42,522 nucleotides of DNA from a virus. The notes under the pieces were generated by a model. It saw nothing but the letters and a program-made list of their open reading frames with translations. It was not told the origin of the DNA and did not search any database. Shown here piece by piece: positions 20,778 to 31,092 of this stretch. The first letter of the stretch is position 1, and every line of letters begins with the position of its first letter. The translations under genes were made by a program, and so were the position numbers. The stretch lies in the IMG/VR virus record IMGVR_UViG_3300045988_097304, positions 1 through 42,522 of that record, one strand, 5' to 3'.

Positions 20778-21674
20778 TCACACCGTCGTGATGGTCAGCA
20801 CCGTGCCGACAAGCTGAAAGGTCACGCCCGCCGTCCCCGTGTCGCCCTTTTCGCCCTTTTCGCCTTTGTCGCCCTTTGCGCCGTCCCTGCCCGGCATGCC
20901 CCGCTCAAGCCCCAGCGAAAGGACTTTCTTCTCTCCGTCGTCTGTCAGGCTCGCCGTGCTTCCGCTGCCGTATTCCCGCGTCGCCGCCTGTACGACCATG
21001 TTTTGCAGGTGTTCCGCCTGTGTGTTCGCGCCTGCCGCCGCTGTGTTCGCCGCTTTTGCCGCCTGATTTGCGGCTTCCGCCGCGCTGCTTGCGCTTCCCG
21101 CCGCGTCGCCTGCGGTTTTCGCCGCGCTCTCCGCGCCGCCCGCCGCCTTGTCCGCCGCTTTCGCCGCCGTGCCTGCGGTTTCCGCCGCCGCGTTCGCGCC
21201 CGATACCGCCGTGTTCATCTTCGCCAGCGTCAGGTTCACTTCCGCAACCAGCGCGTCCCATGCGTTCGTCTGCTCCGGCGTGACCTGCGTCCCCGGCGCG
21301 GGGCGGCTGACGGGCGTGAAGCTCCCCTCGTAGCAGGTCTTTGACCGTCCCGCGCCCTCCGCCGCGCCGTAGCCGACGTATACGAACACCTTCACCGTAC
21401 TGCTTCGGGTCAGGTATATGTCCGGAATGTCCGCCGTCCAGCATCCGCTTCCCTCGTCGTAGCTCGCCATCCGCGTTTCCGTCTGGCTGTCCCCGACAAA
21501 CCCGTACTGCGCCTGCACCGTCACCGCGTCTCCGGATAGAAAGTCGTCCCTCTCCGCCAGCTCCCTGGGCGACGGCAGCCCGTGCATCTTTAGCCGCTGT
21601 CCCGTGTCGTATTGGTAAATGCCCGCAATCGCCGCGCTCTTGTGGCTTCTGTCGTCAAAACTCGCGTGAATCAT
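20778..21674 (-). CDS. BppU-N-like baseplate/fibre protein with an Ala-rich coiled coil and collagen-like GXY repeats
   Basis: The N-terminus IAGIYQYDTGQRLKMHGL...IPDIYL..VKVFVYVGY resembles the BppU Ig-like domain. C-terminal GMPGRDGAKGDKGEKGEKGDTGTAG. Confidence 0.6.
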   Translation of the reverse strand: MIHASFDDRSHKSAAIAGIYQYDTGQRLKMHGLPSPRELAERDDFLSGDAVTVQAQYGFVGDSQTETRMASYDEGSGCWTADIPDIYLTRSSTVKVFVYVGYGAAEGAGRSKTCYEGSFTPVSRPAPGTQVTPEQTNAWDALVAEVNLTLAKMNTAVSGANAAAETAGTAAKAADKAAGGAESAAKTAGDAAGSASSAAEAANQAAKAANTAAAGANTQAEHLQNMVVQAATREYGSGSTASLTDDGEKKVLSLGLERGMPGRDGAKGDKGEKGEKGDTGTAGVTFQLVGTVLTITTV

Positions 21675-21686
21675 CTTCGCCCCTCC

Positions 21687-24600
21687 TTACTTTTGCTTTT
21701 TGATGGTCGTGCCGCCGTATGCCTGCTTGATGATGTGCGACCCCAGCGATTCGCCTGTGACGTAGAGCTCCTCATACTTGGCATACACCTCGTTCGCTTT
21801 CAGCGCAAGGCGGCACATCCTCATGCGGATGCTATTTGTCAGCTCGTATTTCTGCTCGTCCGTCAGGTCGTCCCGCCCATTGATGGCGTCGATTTGCTCA
21901 TACCCCTCGCTGATGGCTTGCTTCGCTTCGTATAGTACGCCGCCCTTGTGCGTCAGGTCGTAGGCAACGTCATATGCCTTTTGCGCCTGCCTCGGTGTCA
22001 GGTCGCCGCGCAGCATGTTAAATTCCTTGCCGTTTTCGCCCGCCTTGACCACCGTCGTCAAGAAGCTGCTGTTGTCGTATACGCGGCTTACAACGTCGTT
22101 GCTCACAAGCGGGTTGCTGGTGAGCTGTTTGCGTGCGTATGCCACTGTCGAGCTGAAGAGTGCCGTCGCCGGATTGCTTGCGTCCATGTCGCTCATCGCC
22201 GGAATGACGACCTGACCGAGATAGCCCGTATATTGCTGTGCCACATATTGCAGCATCATCGGGCTTTTGCCGATGGCTCTGCCTACCAAAACAAACAGCC
22301 CTGCCGTGTCTTCCGTGTACTGCGTAGACGGATCCCAATTTTCCATATAGCTTGGTACGATGCGGCTGCCATACCAATTCTTATTCGTCTGCATGGAGAG
22401 TATCGGGTCAGCAATCGTGCCGCTGATGGGGTACAGTCCGTCCGCAATCGTCGCCATGGATGCCGTGAAATCAATCGCCCACTCGTCGCCCTCGCCTTTC
22501 CACAGGACGTTCGTCATCAGCGAATTGACCGCGTATGCGACGGGGTCTTGCTCGACGGGAATGCGGATGAGCGGCGCATCTCCGAACACACCGGGCGCAA
22601 AGTTCGGAAGGAAAATGTGTTTGCTCTTGAGGTCGTCGCTCATGTACATGAACGCCTCTTTGTCCTCGTCGTCCATGCCGAGCAGCGCCGCATTCGCCAG
22701 CGCGACCAACGCGCCTGTATTGAGCAGTGTTTTGACAAATCGCTTTGCCGCCTGTCCGCTCTCCTGCTTTGTCCCCTGCCGCGCCGTGCGGTATGTGCCC
22801 TGCAAACTCGCGTTGAAAAACGGCACGATGTCGCTGATGTTCCTTGCGATGCCGCTTGCTCCCCTGCGGCTGAAATCGACCGTTACATCCTGCGCCGCGC
22901 GGAAGGCTTCGGCTCTGCCGGTGTCCGTCGTCAGGTCGTGCTTGCCATACCGATATTCGGCGAATCGGCTTGCCTGCTCGATGACCTCGTTCGGGTACGC
23001 CAGTGTCGCAAACTCCCATAGCTTTTTGCCAGCCCATTTCCCCTTGCCGCCGAGCGTCTGTGTCTCGTAGTTGTCCTTCCACTTGCCGTTGTCAAAGACC
23101 GCTCCGCGTATCTCCTTCGCGCTTTTGGCGTCGCCCGTAGATACTCGCGTCCAGCCGCCGCCGCCCAGCGCGACATAGTCCTTGTAGGAATCCTTGTCAG
23201 TCAAAATCTCATGTACGGCTTTCACCCATTTATACAGCCCGTCCGCATAGCTGGTTGCCCATGTGCCATAATTCACACTGCTCTGAAAGTCGCGCAAAAA
23301 GTTGCGTGCGGCAAAAACAGGGTTGCTGCCCGTCGTCAACGCGCTCATCGCATGCGTCGCCTTGCCAAGCACGTTGAAAATTGATTTTCCGTTGTCCGTC
23401 GCGTTGGTCATCATCTTGTAAAACAGCGGGTCTGTGATGGTGTAATAAGTCTTGCTTCCGTCCGGATGCTGTACTGTGATGACGTTGTTTTCGTTCGCCG
23501 TGCCGACAAATTTTGCCCTGTCCGCGTCGATGCCCAGCAGAATATCCGTCATGACGTCCTCGCTGACGTTGCCTTTTTGCAGACTCTCTCTCGCGCTTTC
23601 CATCCGCGTCAGCGTCTGCTCGTCGCTGAACGTTCCGCTTGTCTGCTCGATGGGGCGTCCCAGCACACCGAAGCCCTCATACTCCTTGTACAGGCGGTCA
23701 AACAGCAGGTTTGTCTGATTTTCCATGTTCATCCGCACGATTTTCTGCGTCATTTCGCAAAAACTGTCAAAAGGCGACACAATCTGCTCCGTGCTTCCCT
23801 TTGCGCCGCGGATGGTGTAGGTCTTCCCCCCGCCGCTCCGGCTGCTTCCGACCGGTGCGTTGTCCTTGACGCGGTTGGTCGGCACATAGCTCGGATACAT
23901 CGCTTCAAACTGCTCAAGCTGCCACGCCTTGAGATAGCCCGTATCGACCATCCACACCTGCATGAAATCGTGCCTAAAGCTCTGGAATGCCTTCTGCGCT
24001 TTGGCGAATTCGGGGTGCGCACGCTCCGTCTGCTGGATGTATGCCAGCCTCTCCGCTCGCGGGTATGTGTTGTTGTCCAATACGGGCTTGCCCTGTTTGT
24101 CGCGGTCAAGGCTGTGCTTGACGAGCATCCAGTTGAGCCATTCCTGCAAATCCTTGCCTTTTAAGCCGGATTCCTTGATGCGCTCTTTGAGACTGTCGCC
24201 GATGCGCGTTCCGCGAACGTCTGTCAGGGACTCCGTCAGCTGTGCGTATGCCCGCTTGTCCGCCGTATTGCGCAGCAGCGCACTCTCCCGCAGGTTGTCC
24301 TCAAACGCGACGACCTTTTCCCCTGTCGCGTCGCGGATGATTTTGTTCGCTTTTTCTGCCGGCGCGGTGCTGTCCACGAGCGCATAGAGAAACGCCTCGT
24401 CCAGCTTCTCATTGCTCTTGATGTCGCTTCTGTCTACGACCATCGCTCTGACCCGCTCGCTGAAGCTGGCGTTCAGGTAATTCCGGATATCCGTCTTGGC
24501 TTTGGCAATCGGCTTCTCCATGCCCGCGTCCGCGACCGCCTGCTCAAACTGCGCGAAAAATCCCTCTCCCGCAAACTCCTTCGCCGCCTCGTCGCTGACC

Positions 24601-27600
24601 ATGTATCGCCACGTAAATTCAGCCATCGCCTCTCCCGCCATCTCCGCGTCCGTGTAGTTCTGCTCCCACGATGCGTTTTCGGCTTTCAACGCCTCGACCA
24701 TCTCCGGCGTTCCGGTGATGCCCGTCCGCTCGCTGATGGCGTGTCCGATCTCGTGCATGTTGATGTCTACGCGCCCTGCGCTCACGGCGTCCGTCGCCAT
24801 GTATCGCATCGCGTCGCGATACAATCCGTGTCCGCCTTGCGCTTCGCTCATGTTCCTTGCGCCCAGCGTCGAGCCTACGCCGATATCCTGCGCAAGTTTT
24901 TTGACGGTCTTGACGATGTTGTTGTCTTTTTTGCTCTTCCCTTCCGCCTGTTCAACCTCAACCCCGCGGTAAGTCCGCCTCTGTTCACCCTGCGCACTCC
25001 TGCCGACGTCGCCCTCCATGACCGCCTTTGCCGCGCGCCGAATCTGCGCCCTGTCCTTCGGCTCTTCGACCTTTTGGTGCATCTCACGATACGACTGCTT
25101 GCGCTCCATCAGCGCACGCATGATGTCCTCGTGCGGATTAAGGCTTGCCGCGTCCATGTAACCGCCGCTTTTCTGCGCCAGCCCGACGTAAAACTGACCG
25201 TCCAGCGGAATTGCGCCGTCGGCTCTGTTTTGCGTAAAGCGCGTCCCATAAGCGGCGTTGACCCGCGAAATCGTCTTTAGCCCCGTCATGCTTAGGATGT
25301 CCGCCGCCTGCGAATCGTTGATATAGACCTTTTGACTGCGCATGGTTTGCTCCACGCCCTTTAGCGCATCGTATGTCTCTTTATCAAGCTCTTTCTGCGC
25401 CGCTTGGCTCATGTATCGCTCATAGTCCGCCTCGAGCCTTGCATTGTCGCGCTCTCGCGCCGCGTCGGTCTCAATCTCTAATTCTCCGATTTGGCGGAGC
25501 GCATCGTTTACCTCCGAAGCAAACACGTTCAGCGCGTTGTCGTCGAGCTTGCTCAGGTTTTCGTTTAAGTCCCTTTGCAGTTGTTCGATTCGCTTTGCGC
25601 TGACGGGGTCTCCGTCCTTGAGTGCCTGCGCAAGTGCCTCTGCCTGTCTGCCCGCCTTGATAATGGTGTCCATTGTCTTCAGCTCCGGCGCGTACTGCTC
25701 CTCAAATGTCGTGCTGACAACCGTCTTGCCCGGTCGCCCGTCCGATGCGGCGCGGTTTTCTTCCTGCGCGATGCCGGACGACGCTTGTTCCGCTCCACCC
25801 GTCAGCTGCACCTCAGCGTCCGGATTGGCGTACCTTGCGTCAGGCTTTGCGTTGTTGACGTACGTCGTCTTGCTGCTGCCTGTCTCGTTCGGGTACAGCG
25901 TCTCCTCAAGCTCCCAGTCGCTCCGGCTCTGCGTGTAGATGCGCTCCTTCGCACGCGCCAGCTCGACCTGACGCTCCATCTCGGCGCGCGTGTCCTCGTC
26001 AAGCCCCAGCTCCTGAGCCTGTGCAAGCCCCTGTTCAAGCCGCTCGCGCGTCTGCGTCGCTTCTTCGATTCCCGGCTCTGCAATCTCAACGCGCTCCCGT
26101 CGCAGCTCGTCTATGCGGCTCTCGATTGCCTGCTTGACGTCCTCGTCAAGCCCCATCGTCTCCGCGTCGGCGTAGCTCTGGCGCATGGCGTCCATCTCTG
26201 CGTCAATGTCCGCAATCCGGCTCATGGTCTCCATCTCCGCCTGCCACTGTGCGACCGTCTGCGCGTTCTGTTCCTTGCTGATCTGTGCGCCGCGCTTTCG
26301 CGCCTCGTCCAGTCCCTTGGCGTAGGCGTCCTCTGCCGCCGCCTTGTGCTTTCGGGCGGTGTCGGCGTACTCGTTCGCCGTCTTCTGGTTTTCGCCCATG
26401 CGCACGCGCGCCTGCTGCATGTCCTTGATTTTATCAATGTCGCCCGCCATGACCGCGTCGCTGTACGCTTCAAATTCGCTTTTCGCCGCGTCCGCCGCCT
26501 GTTGCGCCGCGTCCGCTGCCGTCTGCGCCTCCTGCTGCATGCGTACCTGCGTGTTGCCTTCCTCAAAGTGCTCCGCGCCTACGCCCGCCATTGCCGCCGC
26601 AGCCGTGTTCTGTGCGTCTTGCGCCTGCTGTGCCGTCTCGTTGACCGCCTGTGCCACTTCGGGGTTTTGCAGCGCGTCGGCAAGGCTCTCCGTCACCTCG
26701 GCAAGGTTTTCCGGCGTAACGTCCGCCGTCCCGTCCATCATCTTCTGACTGAGCGTGACGGCAGGCAGATGATACCCCGGTAGCTTGCGCCGAATCGCCA
26801 TACCCGTATAGCCCGCCAGCGTAAATACGACGCTTGCCGCCGCGCCGCCTACAAAGCTCTTGCCGCCGCTGGCGATCATCTCGGCGGGGTCAACCGACGC
26901 AAGCCCCGCCAAAACATCGCTGAATTGCGGCTTTTCGCCCGCGTCGATTTTCAGGGCAATGGGGTAGAGCATCGCGTTGTACAGGTTGGTCGCCGCGTCC
27001 TCCGCAAGCTCCTCCGTGCCCTCCTGCACCGCGTTTTTCGGGATGTCGTGCGCCAGAGCCTTAGCGTATTCAGCGAATTTGCCTCTCAGCGTCAGGGTCT
27101 TGAGCGCGTCCTGCTTGGCAAGCTGCTGCTCAAGCAGACTGCGCCCGCCAAGCAAATCGCCCTCCATTTCCGCGCCCGGCGCATTGATGACCGTGCTGAT
27201 GACCGCCGGTCCCATGGCGAGAGCCGCCGCCGTAGGCTTGCTCAGTCCGCTGCTTACAGCCGCCTCGTAATTGTCGTTCCACGCCTGCGTGCCGTAGATT
27301 GCCGCAGACGCAGCCATGGCGGGCGTTCCCGCCGCGCCCAGTGCGCCGACCGCCAGCATGCCCGTTGCGCTTCCCGCGATGCTTGCCGAGCCGCTGAACA
27401 CATTCTGCTCAAACTCGTTGCCCAGCGACGCGAAATCCGTCAGCCCCTTTTGGGCGTTGTCCATCGCGCCCATGAATGCGCGATATCCGTTGCCGATAAA
27501 GCCGTTGTCGATCTTGTAGCCGATGTCGTAGATGTCGCTGACCTGCCCGATGTTTTGCAGCAGTGCCGCGCTCTGCTCTTCGCTCAATTCGCCGCTGTTG

Positions 27601-30137
27601 GCGTACTGGATAAGCTGTTCGCGGTAGATGGCGCGTCCGTTGATTCCGTATTTGCCGTTGTAATCGCTTCGGATTTTATTGACGTTCGCCTTGTACGCCA
27701 TCGCGTCCAGCATGTTGTACGGTGCGCTGGCAAGGCTGTCCGCCGTGCTGAGTACGCCGTATGCCGCGCCCGCGCCTGCCGCAGGCAGCACACCGATGGT
27801 CGCCGCGTTGTCCTCCGGCGAGGTCAGTCCCGCCTGCGCCGTTTCGCTGCTCAAAAACGCGCTGCCGCGCCTGACCATGCGATTGTATGCCATGTCCGCA
27901 ATCTGGTCAGGGCTGGTGATGCCGCACTTCTCCAAATACTCCTGCGTCGTCATGCCGAGACTGTTTGCGATGTCCGCGTACTCGTGCAGCACGCTCTGCG
28001 CCTCGTCCGCCAGCACTTCGCGGAATTCCGTGCGCGCCTCGCCCTCAAGTCCCTCCTGCGCCGCCGCGCTGTCCGACGACCAGTATGCGCCGTCGTCCGC
28101 GTTCAGCACGTTACTCAGGTTGCGGTCAAAGATGCGGTAGCCCTCGTCGCGGTTTTCAAGCTCCAGCACCGTATACTGATTGCGGTGGTAGCGGTCATAG
28201 TATTCGTCGATTTGCTCCGGTGTCGCCGTTCCTGCCGTCACCGCGTTGACAAGGCTCTGATTCGCTTCCTCTTCCGCCTGCTTCTGCGCCTGCACCGCGC
28301 TTTTTTGCTGTTCGATGACGATTTTTTGCGCCTCGCGGATGCTCTGCGATACGGCTTTTGCGCTGTCGTGCGTGCTGAGGTAGACGTTGTACAGGTTTTT
28401 GCCGCTGGGGATGCTGACCTCTCCGCTCTCAATCCATGCGTCCGCGTCGTTGATGATCTGCATCAGCGCGAGGTAGCCCGCTCCGGCGGTCGCGTCGTCA
28501 AGCAGACCGCTTTGCAAAATGTCGAGGTCTTGCTGTATCCAGCTTCCAACGTCGCTGGGAATCGCACCCTGCGCGTAAAGCGGCTTGGCGCGGTAGTCCA
28601 TCCCGTTCGTCAATGTGCCGCCGACGTATTCCTTTTGATTCAGTAGCAGCTTGCCGCCGTTGCTGCTCAGTATGCCGTCAAGCCATTCGTGTTCTTCCTG
28701 CGTCAGCGGCTCACCGCGCAGATACATCGCAAGGGCTTCGCCGGGCGTTCCCGCGCTCTCCCTCTGTGCGATGGGCGCAGGGGTCTCGCGCTCATAAATC
28801 TGGTCAAACCAGCGCGTTCCCTCTGCCGTCTGTGCCTGTTCCTCAGCCTGAGCGGGCGTTCCCTCCGCTGTCTCCTGAAGCTGATTTATCCATCTTCCGC
28901 TGTCTTTGCTTTGCTCCTGCGGCAAGGCGATGCCCGGCGCGGTCGATGCCGTCAGCGCCGCCTGCTTAACGCCGTCTGTGCTTGCAATCTGGTCAAGGGT
29001 GCTTGCCTGCTCGGGCTGTGCGCTTTCCCTCGCGCTCTCCTTTTCGGCTTTCCGATCCTTGTCGCCGAAGAGCCATGTGAAGAAGGGGATTGCCTTTTTA
29101 CCCTCCGCTTGCGCCGTCTGGTCAAGCTCATTCCACGCCGCGATGTCCTCGTCCGTCGGCGCAGGCAGCCCCGTCGCGCTTGCCCATGCCTTGTCAAGTG
29201 CCGCACGCATGCTTCGGCTCTGCCGCTTGGAGTAGGCGACCTCATTCAGCTCGTCTCCTTCGTTGATGCTCGCCACCAGCTCAAGATACTTCTTGAGGTT
29301 GTCTTCGTCGTGCCCGCTTCCGGCATAAAACGCGGATTGGTACTCGTCTACGGCATCCGTATAAGCCTTGTCGTCCCAGTCCGCGCTGTAAAGGAACTTG
29401 TTTGCCTCGTCCTCGTCGAACGTCAAGCCGGAGTACGGGTTGTCCGGCGTCTGCGTCAGCTCGTAAAGGGCTTTGACCTTTTTCTTTCGGCTGCTGCTGT
29501 CGGGGTCGGCGCGAATGCTCTGAATGACCATGGGCAGGCTTGCGCTCGACAAATCCATGTCGTTGCCGTCCGCGTCCATCACCAGCCCGGAAGCAAGCGT
29601 CTGCATCGCGGCGTCTGCCTTTGCCGCGTTCTTGCCTTTTTCGCTTCGCGGCGCGGCGAACAGCTTGTCCCCCAGCAGCCCCTCAGCGTTGTACAGCACC
29701 TCGTCTTTGTCCTGATTGCTGTACGCCGCCCAGTCCTTGAGGAATTCTTCGGCAACGTCTTCGCTTGCCAGCGTCCCGGCAAAATATGCCGCCTGCTTGT
29801 TGTCCTTGATGGTCGAAAAGTCAACCTCAATATCCCGCGTGCCGAGGTCGCGTCTGGGCGTCATGCCCATCGCCATTCCGTCGCGCCCCGCCATTTCCGC
29901 GTCATAGTCCGCCAAGAGCTGGGCGTTGGTCTTCCCTGCCGTCTGCTCAACGGGATTGACCTTTTGCTCGGCTACGACCTTGTGTCCGGTCTGCTTCAGC
30001 GCGCCTGCCGTCTCTTTGGCATGCTCGCGCCCACGGATGACCGCCGAATTCTGCGGGTTGTCCGCAGCCGCCTGCTGCTGTGCCCGCTTCCGCTCTTCCT
30101 CTTCGCGTTTCCTGCCGAAACCCTGCATTCGCGCCAT
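21687..30137 (-). CDS. 2816-aa polyvalent virion/ejection-type protein with a HEXXH zincin module, hydrophobic segments and a long coiled coil
   Basis: Single uninterrupted ORF with a GGAGGGA RBS. HEIGH is encoded at 24741..24755. Hydrophobic stretches include SASIAGSATGMLAVGALGAAGTPAMAASAAIYG. A/E/Q-rich coiled coil of about 250 aa. Confidence 0.75.
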   Translation of the reverse strand: MARMQGFGRKREEEERKRAQQQAAADNPQNSAVIRGREHAKETAGALKQTGHKVVAEQKVNPVEQTAGKTNAQLLADYDAEMAGRDGMAMGMTPRRDLGTRDIEVDFSTIKDNKQAAYFAGTLASEDVAEEFLKDWAAYSNQDKDEVLYNAEGLLGDKLFAAPRSEKGKNAAKADAAMQTLASGLVMDADGNDMDLSSASLPMVIQSIRADPDSSSRKKKVKALYELTQTPDNPYSGLTFDEDEANKFLYSADWDDKAYTDAVDEYQSAFYAGSGHDEDNLKKYLELVASINEGDELNEVAYSKRQSRSMRAALDKAWASATGLPAPTDEDIAAWNELDQTAQAEGKKAIPFFTWLFGDKDRKAEKESARESAQPEQASTLDQIASTDGVKQAALTASTAPGIALPQEQSKDSGRWINQLQETAEGTPAQAEEQAQTAEGTRWFDQIYERETPAPIAQRESAGTPGEALAMYLRGEPLTQEEHEWLDGILSSNGGKLLLNQKEYVGGTLTNGMDYRAKPLYAQGAIPSDVGSWIQQDLDILQSGLLDDATAGAGYLALMQIINDADAWIESGEVSIPSGKNLYNVYLSTHDSAKAVSQSIREAQKIVIEQQKSAVQAQKQAEEEANQSLVNAVTAGTATPEQIDEYYDRYHRNQYTVLELENRDEGYRIFDRNLSNVLNADDGAYWSSDSAAAQEGLEGEARTEFREVLADEAQSVLHEYADIANSLGMTTQEYLEKCGITSPDQIADMAYNRMVRRGSAFLSSETAQAGLTSPEDNAATIGVLPAAGAGAAYGVLSTADSLASAPYNMLDAMAYKANVNKIRSDYNGKYGINGRAIYREQLIQYANSGELSEEQSAALLQNIGQVSDIYDIGYKIDNGFIGNGYRAFMGAMDNAQKGLTDFASLGNEFEQNVFSGSASIAGSATGMLAVGALGAAGTPAMAASAAIYGTQAWNDNYEAAVSSGLSKPTAAALAMGPAVISTVINAPGAEMEGDLLGGRSLLEQQLAKQDALKTLTLRGKFAEYAKALAHDIPKNAVQEGTEELAEDAATNLYNAMLYPIALKIDAGEKPQFSDVLAGLASVDPAEMIASGGKSFVGGAAASVVFTLAGYTGMAIRRKLPGYHLPAVTLSQKMMDGTADVTPENLAEVTESLADALQNPEVAQAVNETAQQAQDAQNTAAAAMAGVGAEHFEEGNTQVRMQQEAQTAADAAQQAADAAKSEFEAYSDAVMAGDIDKIKDMQQARVRMGENQKTANEYADTARKHKAAAEDAYAKGLDEARKRGAQISKEQNAQTVAQWQAEMETMSRIADIDAEMDAMRQSYADAETMGLDEDVKQAIESRIDELRRERVEIAEPGIEEATQTRERLEQGLAQAQELGLDEDTRAEMERQVELARAKERIYTQSRSDWELEETLYPNETGSSKTTYVNNAKPDARYANPDAEVQLTGGAEQASSGIAQEENRAASDGRPGKTVVSTTFEEQYAPELKTMDTIIKAGRQAEALAQALKDGDPVSAKRIEQLQRDLNENLSKLDDNALNVFASEVNDALRQIGELEIETDAARERDNARLEADYERYMSQAAQKELDKETYDALKGVEQTMRSQKVYINDSQAADILSMTGLKTISRVNAAYGTRFTQNRADGAIPLDGQFYVGLAQKSGGYMDAASLNPHEDIMRALMERKQSYREMHQKVEEPKDRAQIRRAAKAVMEGDVGRSAQGEQRRTYRGVEVEQAEGKSKKDNNIVKTVKKLAQDIGVGSTLGARNMSEAQGGHGLYRDAMRYMATDAVSAGRVDINMHEIGHAISERTGITGTPEMVEALKAENASWEQNYTDAEMAGEAMAEFTWRYMVSDEAAKEFAGEGFFAQFEQAVADAGMEKPIAKAKTDIRNYLNASFSERVRAMVVDRSDIKSNEKLDEAFLYALVDSTAPAEKANKIIRDATGEKVVAFEDNLRESALLRNTADKRAYAQLTESLTDVRGTRIGDSLKERIKESGLKGKDLQEWLNWMLVKHSLDRDKQGKPVLDNNTYPRAERLAYIQQTERAHPEFAKAQKAFQSFRHDFMQVWMVDTGYLKAWQLEQFEAMYPSYVPTNRVKDNAPVGSSRSGGGKTYTIRGAKGSTEQIVSPFDSFCEMTQKIVRMNMENQTNLLFDRLYKEYEGFGVLGRPIEQTSGTFSDEQTLTRMESARESLQKGNVSEDVMTDILLGIDADRAKFVGTANENNVITVQHPDGSKTYYTITDPLFYKMMTNATDNGKSIFNVLGKATHAMSALTTGSNPVFAARNFLRDFQSSVNYGTWATSYADGLYKWVKAVHEILTDKDSYKDYVALGGGGWTRVSTGDAKSAKEIRGAVFDNGKWKDNYETQTLGGKGKWAGKKLWEFATLAYPNEVIEQASRFAEYRYGKHDLTTDTGRAEAFRAAQDVTVDFSRRGASGIARNISDIVPFFNASLQGTYRTARQGTKQESGQAAKRFVKTLLNTGALVALANAALLGMDDEDKEAFMYMSDDLKSKHIFLPNFAPGVFGDAPLIRIPVEQDPVAYAVNSLMTNVLWKGEGDEWAIDFTASMATIADGLYPISGTIADPILSMQTNKNWYGSRIVPSYMENWDPSTQYTEDTAGLFVLVGRAIGKSPMMLQYVAQQYTGYLGQVVIPAMSDMDASNPATALFSSTVAYARKQLTSNPLVSNDVVSRVYDNSSFLTTVVKAGENGKEFNMLRGDLTPRQAQKAYDVAYDLTHKGGVLYEAKQAISEGYEQIDAINGRDDLTDEQKYELTNSIRMRMCRLALKANEVYAKYEELYVTGESLGSHIIKQAYGGTTIKKQK

Positions 30138-30152
30138 GTGCGTCCCTCCGAT

Positions 30153-31088
30153 TTATGTCTTACTGTACGTTGTGCTGTTGTACCCGCCCTTTTGCGCGTA
30201 CGTTTTTTTGCTCGAGCTTCCGCTTCCCCTGCTCGTCGTCGTCGATACGCTCGTTCCGCTGCTCTCCGTGCTGCTTTCGCCCGTCGTTTCGCTCGTGCCC
30301 GCTGTCTGCTGGCTTCCCGTCGTCTGCTGGCTTCCGATGCTCGTCTGGCTGCCCGCCGTCTGCTGGCTTCCCGTTGTCTGCTGTCCCATCGCCGAGGAAA
30401 TCGCCGTCAGATAGTTGCTGTTCCATTCCCTGCGCTGGTTCTCTTTCAGCTCCTGCACCTTCGCCGCGAGCTGGCTTGCGTAGTCGCTGTTCAGCCTTCC
30501 CTGCGTCTGGCTGTTCTGCTGTGCCGCCTGCGTAATCTGGTTTTGAATCTGCTGGCTCTTGCGCCCGCTGTCCTCCGTGAGCTGCTGTACGGCTTTTGCC
30601 AGCGCGTTTCCCTGATTGGCGAGCGTCTGCATCGTGTAGCTGCTCCGCCCCATGCCTCGGTTCAATGCCGCCGTCTCCACGTTCGCCGCGCTCCTGCGGT
30701 ATGCCGCGTTCTGCTCGTCGATGCTCCGCGTCAGGTTGGCAGCGAGGTTTTCAATCTCCTGCTCCTTGCTCAGTTTTGTCGTTTCGTAGTTCTGCTGTGC
30801 TTCCTCCAGTCCGGCGTTGAGCTGCGGTCTGAGCAGGTTCTCCGCGAACTGCGTAATCTGCTCATCCGTCATCGTGCCCATCAGTCCTGAAAGGATTTGG
30901 TTCATCAGCTCCTTATCTAGAACGTTCTTGCTCGTGCTCTGCGATGTCGAGCTGCTCTGACTGGTGCTGTCCTGCCGGCTGCTTGATGTGCTTTGGCTGG
31001 TCGTGTCCTGCCTGCTGTCTGTTTTGCTGTGTTCCTTGCTCGTGCTGTTCGAGCTTTGGTAGGTCTCCGTCGTGCTGCTTCTTGCCAT
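30153..31088 (-). CDS. Ser/Thr/Gln-rich protein with a central coiled coil (311 aa)
   Basis: Low-complexity S/T/Q termini with GSQQT(T/A)G repeats. GGAAGTGA RBS. Confidence 0.55.
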   Translation of the reverse strand: MARSSTTETYQSSNSTSKEHSKTDSRQDTTSQSTSSSRQDSTSQSSSTSQSTSKNVLDKELMNQILSGLMGTMTDEQITQFAENLLRPQLNAGLEEAQQNYETTKLSKEQEIENLAANLTRSIDEQNAAYRRSAANVETAALNRGMGRSSYTMQTLANQGNALAKAVQQLTEDSGRKSQQIQNQITQAAQQNSQTQGRLNSDYASQLAAKVQELKENQRREWNSNYLTAISSAMGQQTTGSQQTAGSQTSIGSQQTTGSQQTAGTSETTGESSTESSGTSVSTTTSRGSGSSSKKTYAQKGGYNSTTYSKT

Positions 31089-31092
31089 TTCT

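Noticed and set aside
19989-21444. Multiple overlapping ORFs in alternative frames of the glycine-rich and Ala-rich fibre genes (e.g. 19989..20606, 20133..20513, 20905..21444)
   Set aside because: They arise from GGN/GCN-rich repeats read out of frame (poly-Arg/Pro/Gly products). They have no RBSs and sit inside better-supported genes.
17995-21674. Diversity-generating retroelement acting on the fibre genes
   Set aside because: No reverse-transcriptase ORF exists anywhere in the window. I found no template/variable repeat pair near the fibre C-termini.
21687-30137. Tape measure protein interpretation of the 2816-aa ORF
   Set aside because: No major tail, sheath or frameshifted chaperone pair lies upstream. 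The protein contains a zincin module and a large non-helical C-terminal region. The length would imply an implausibly long tail. The interpretation is not fully excluded.
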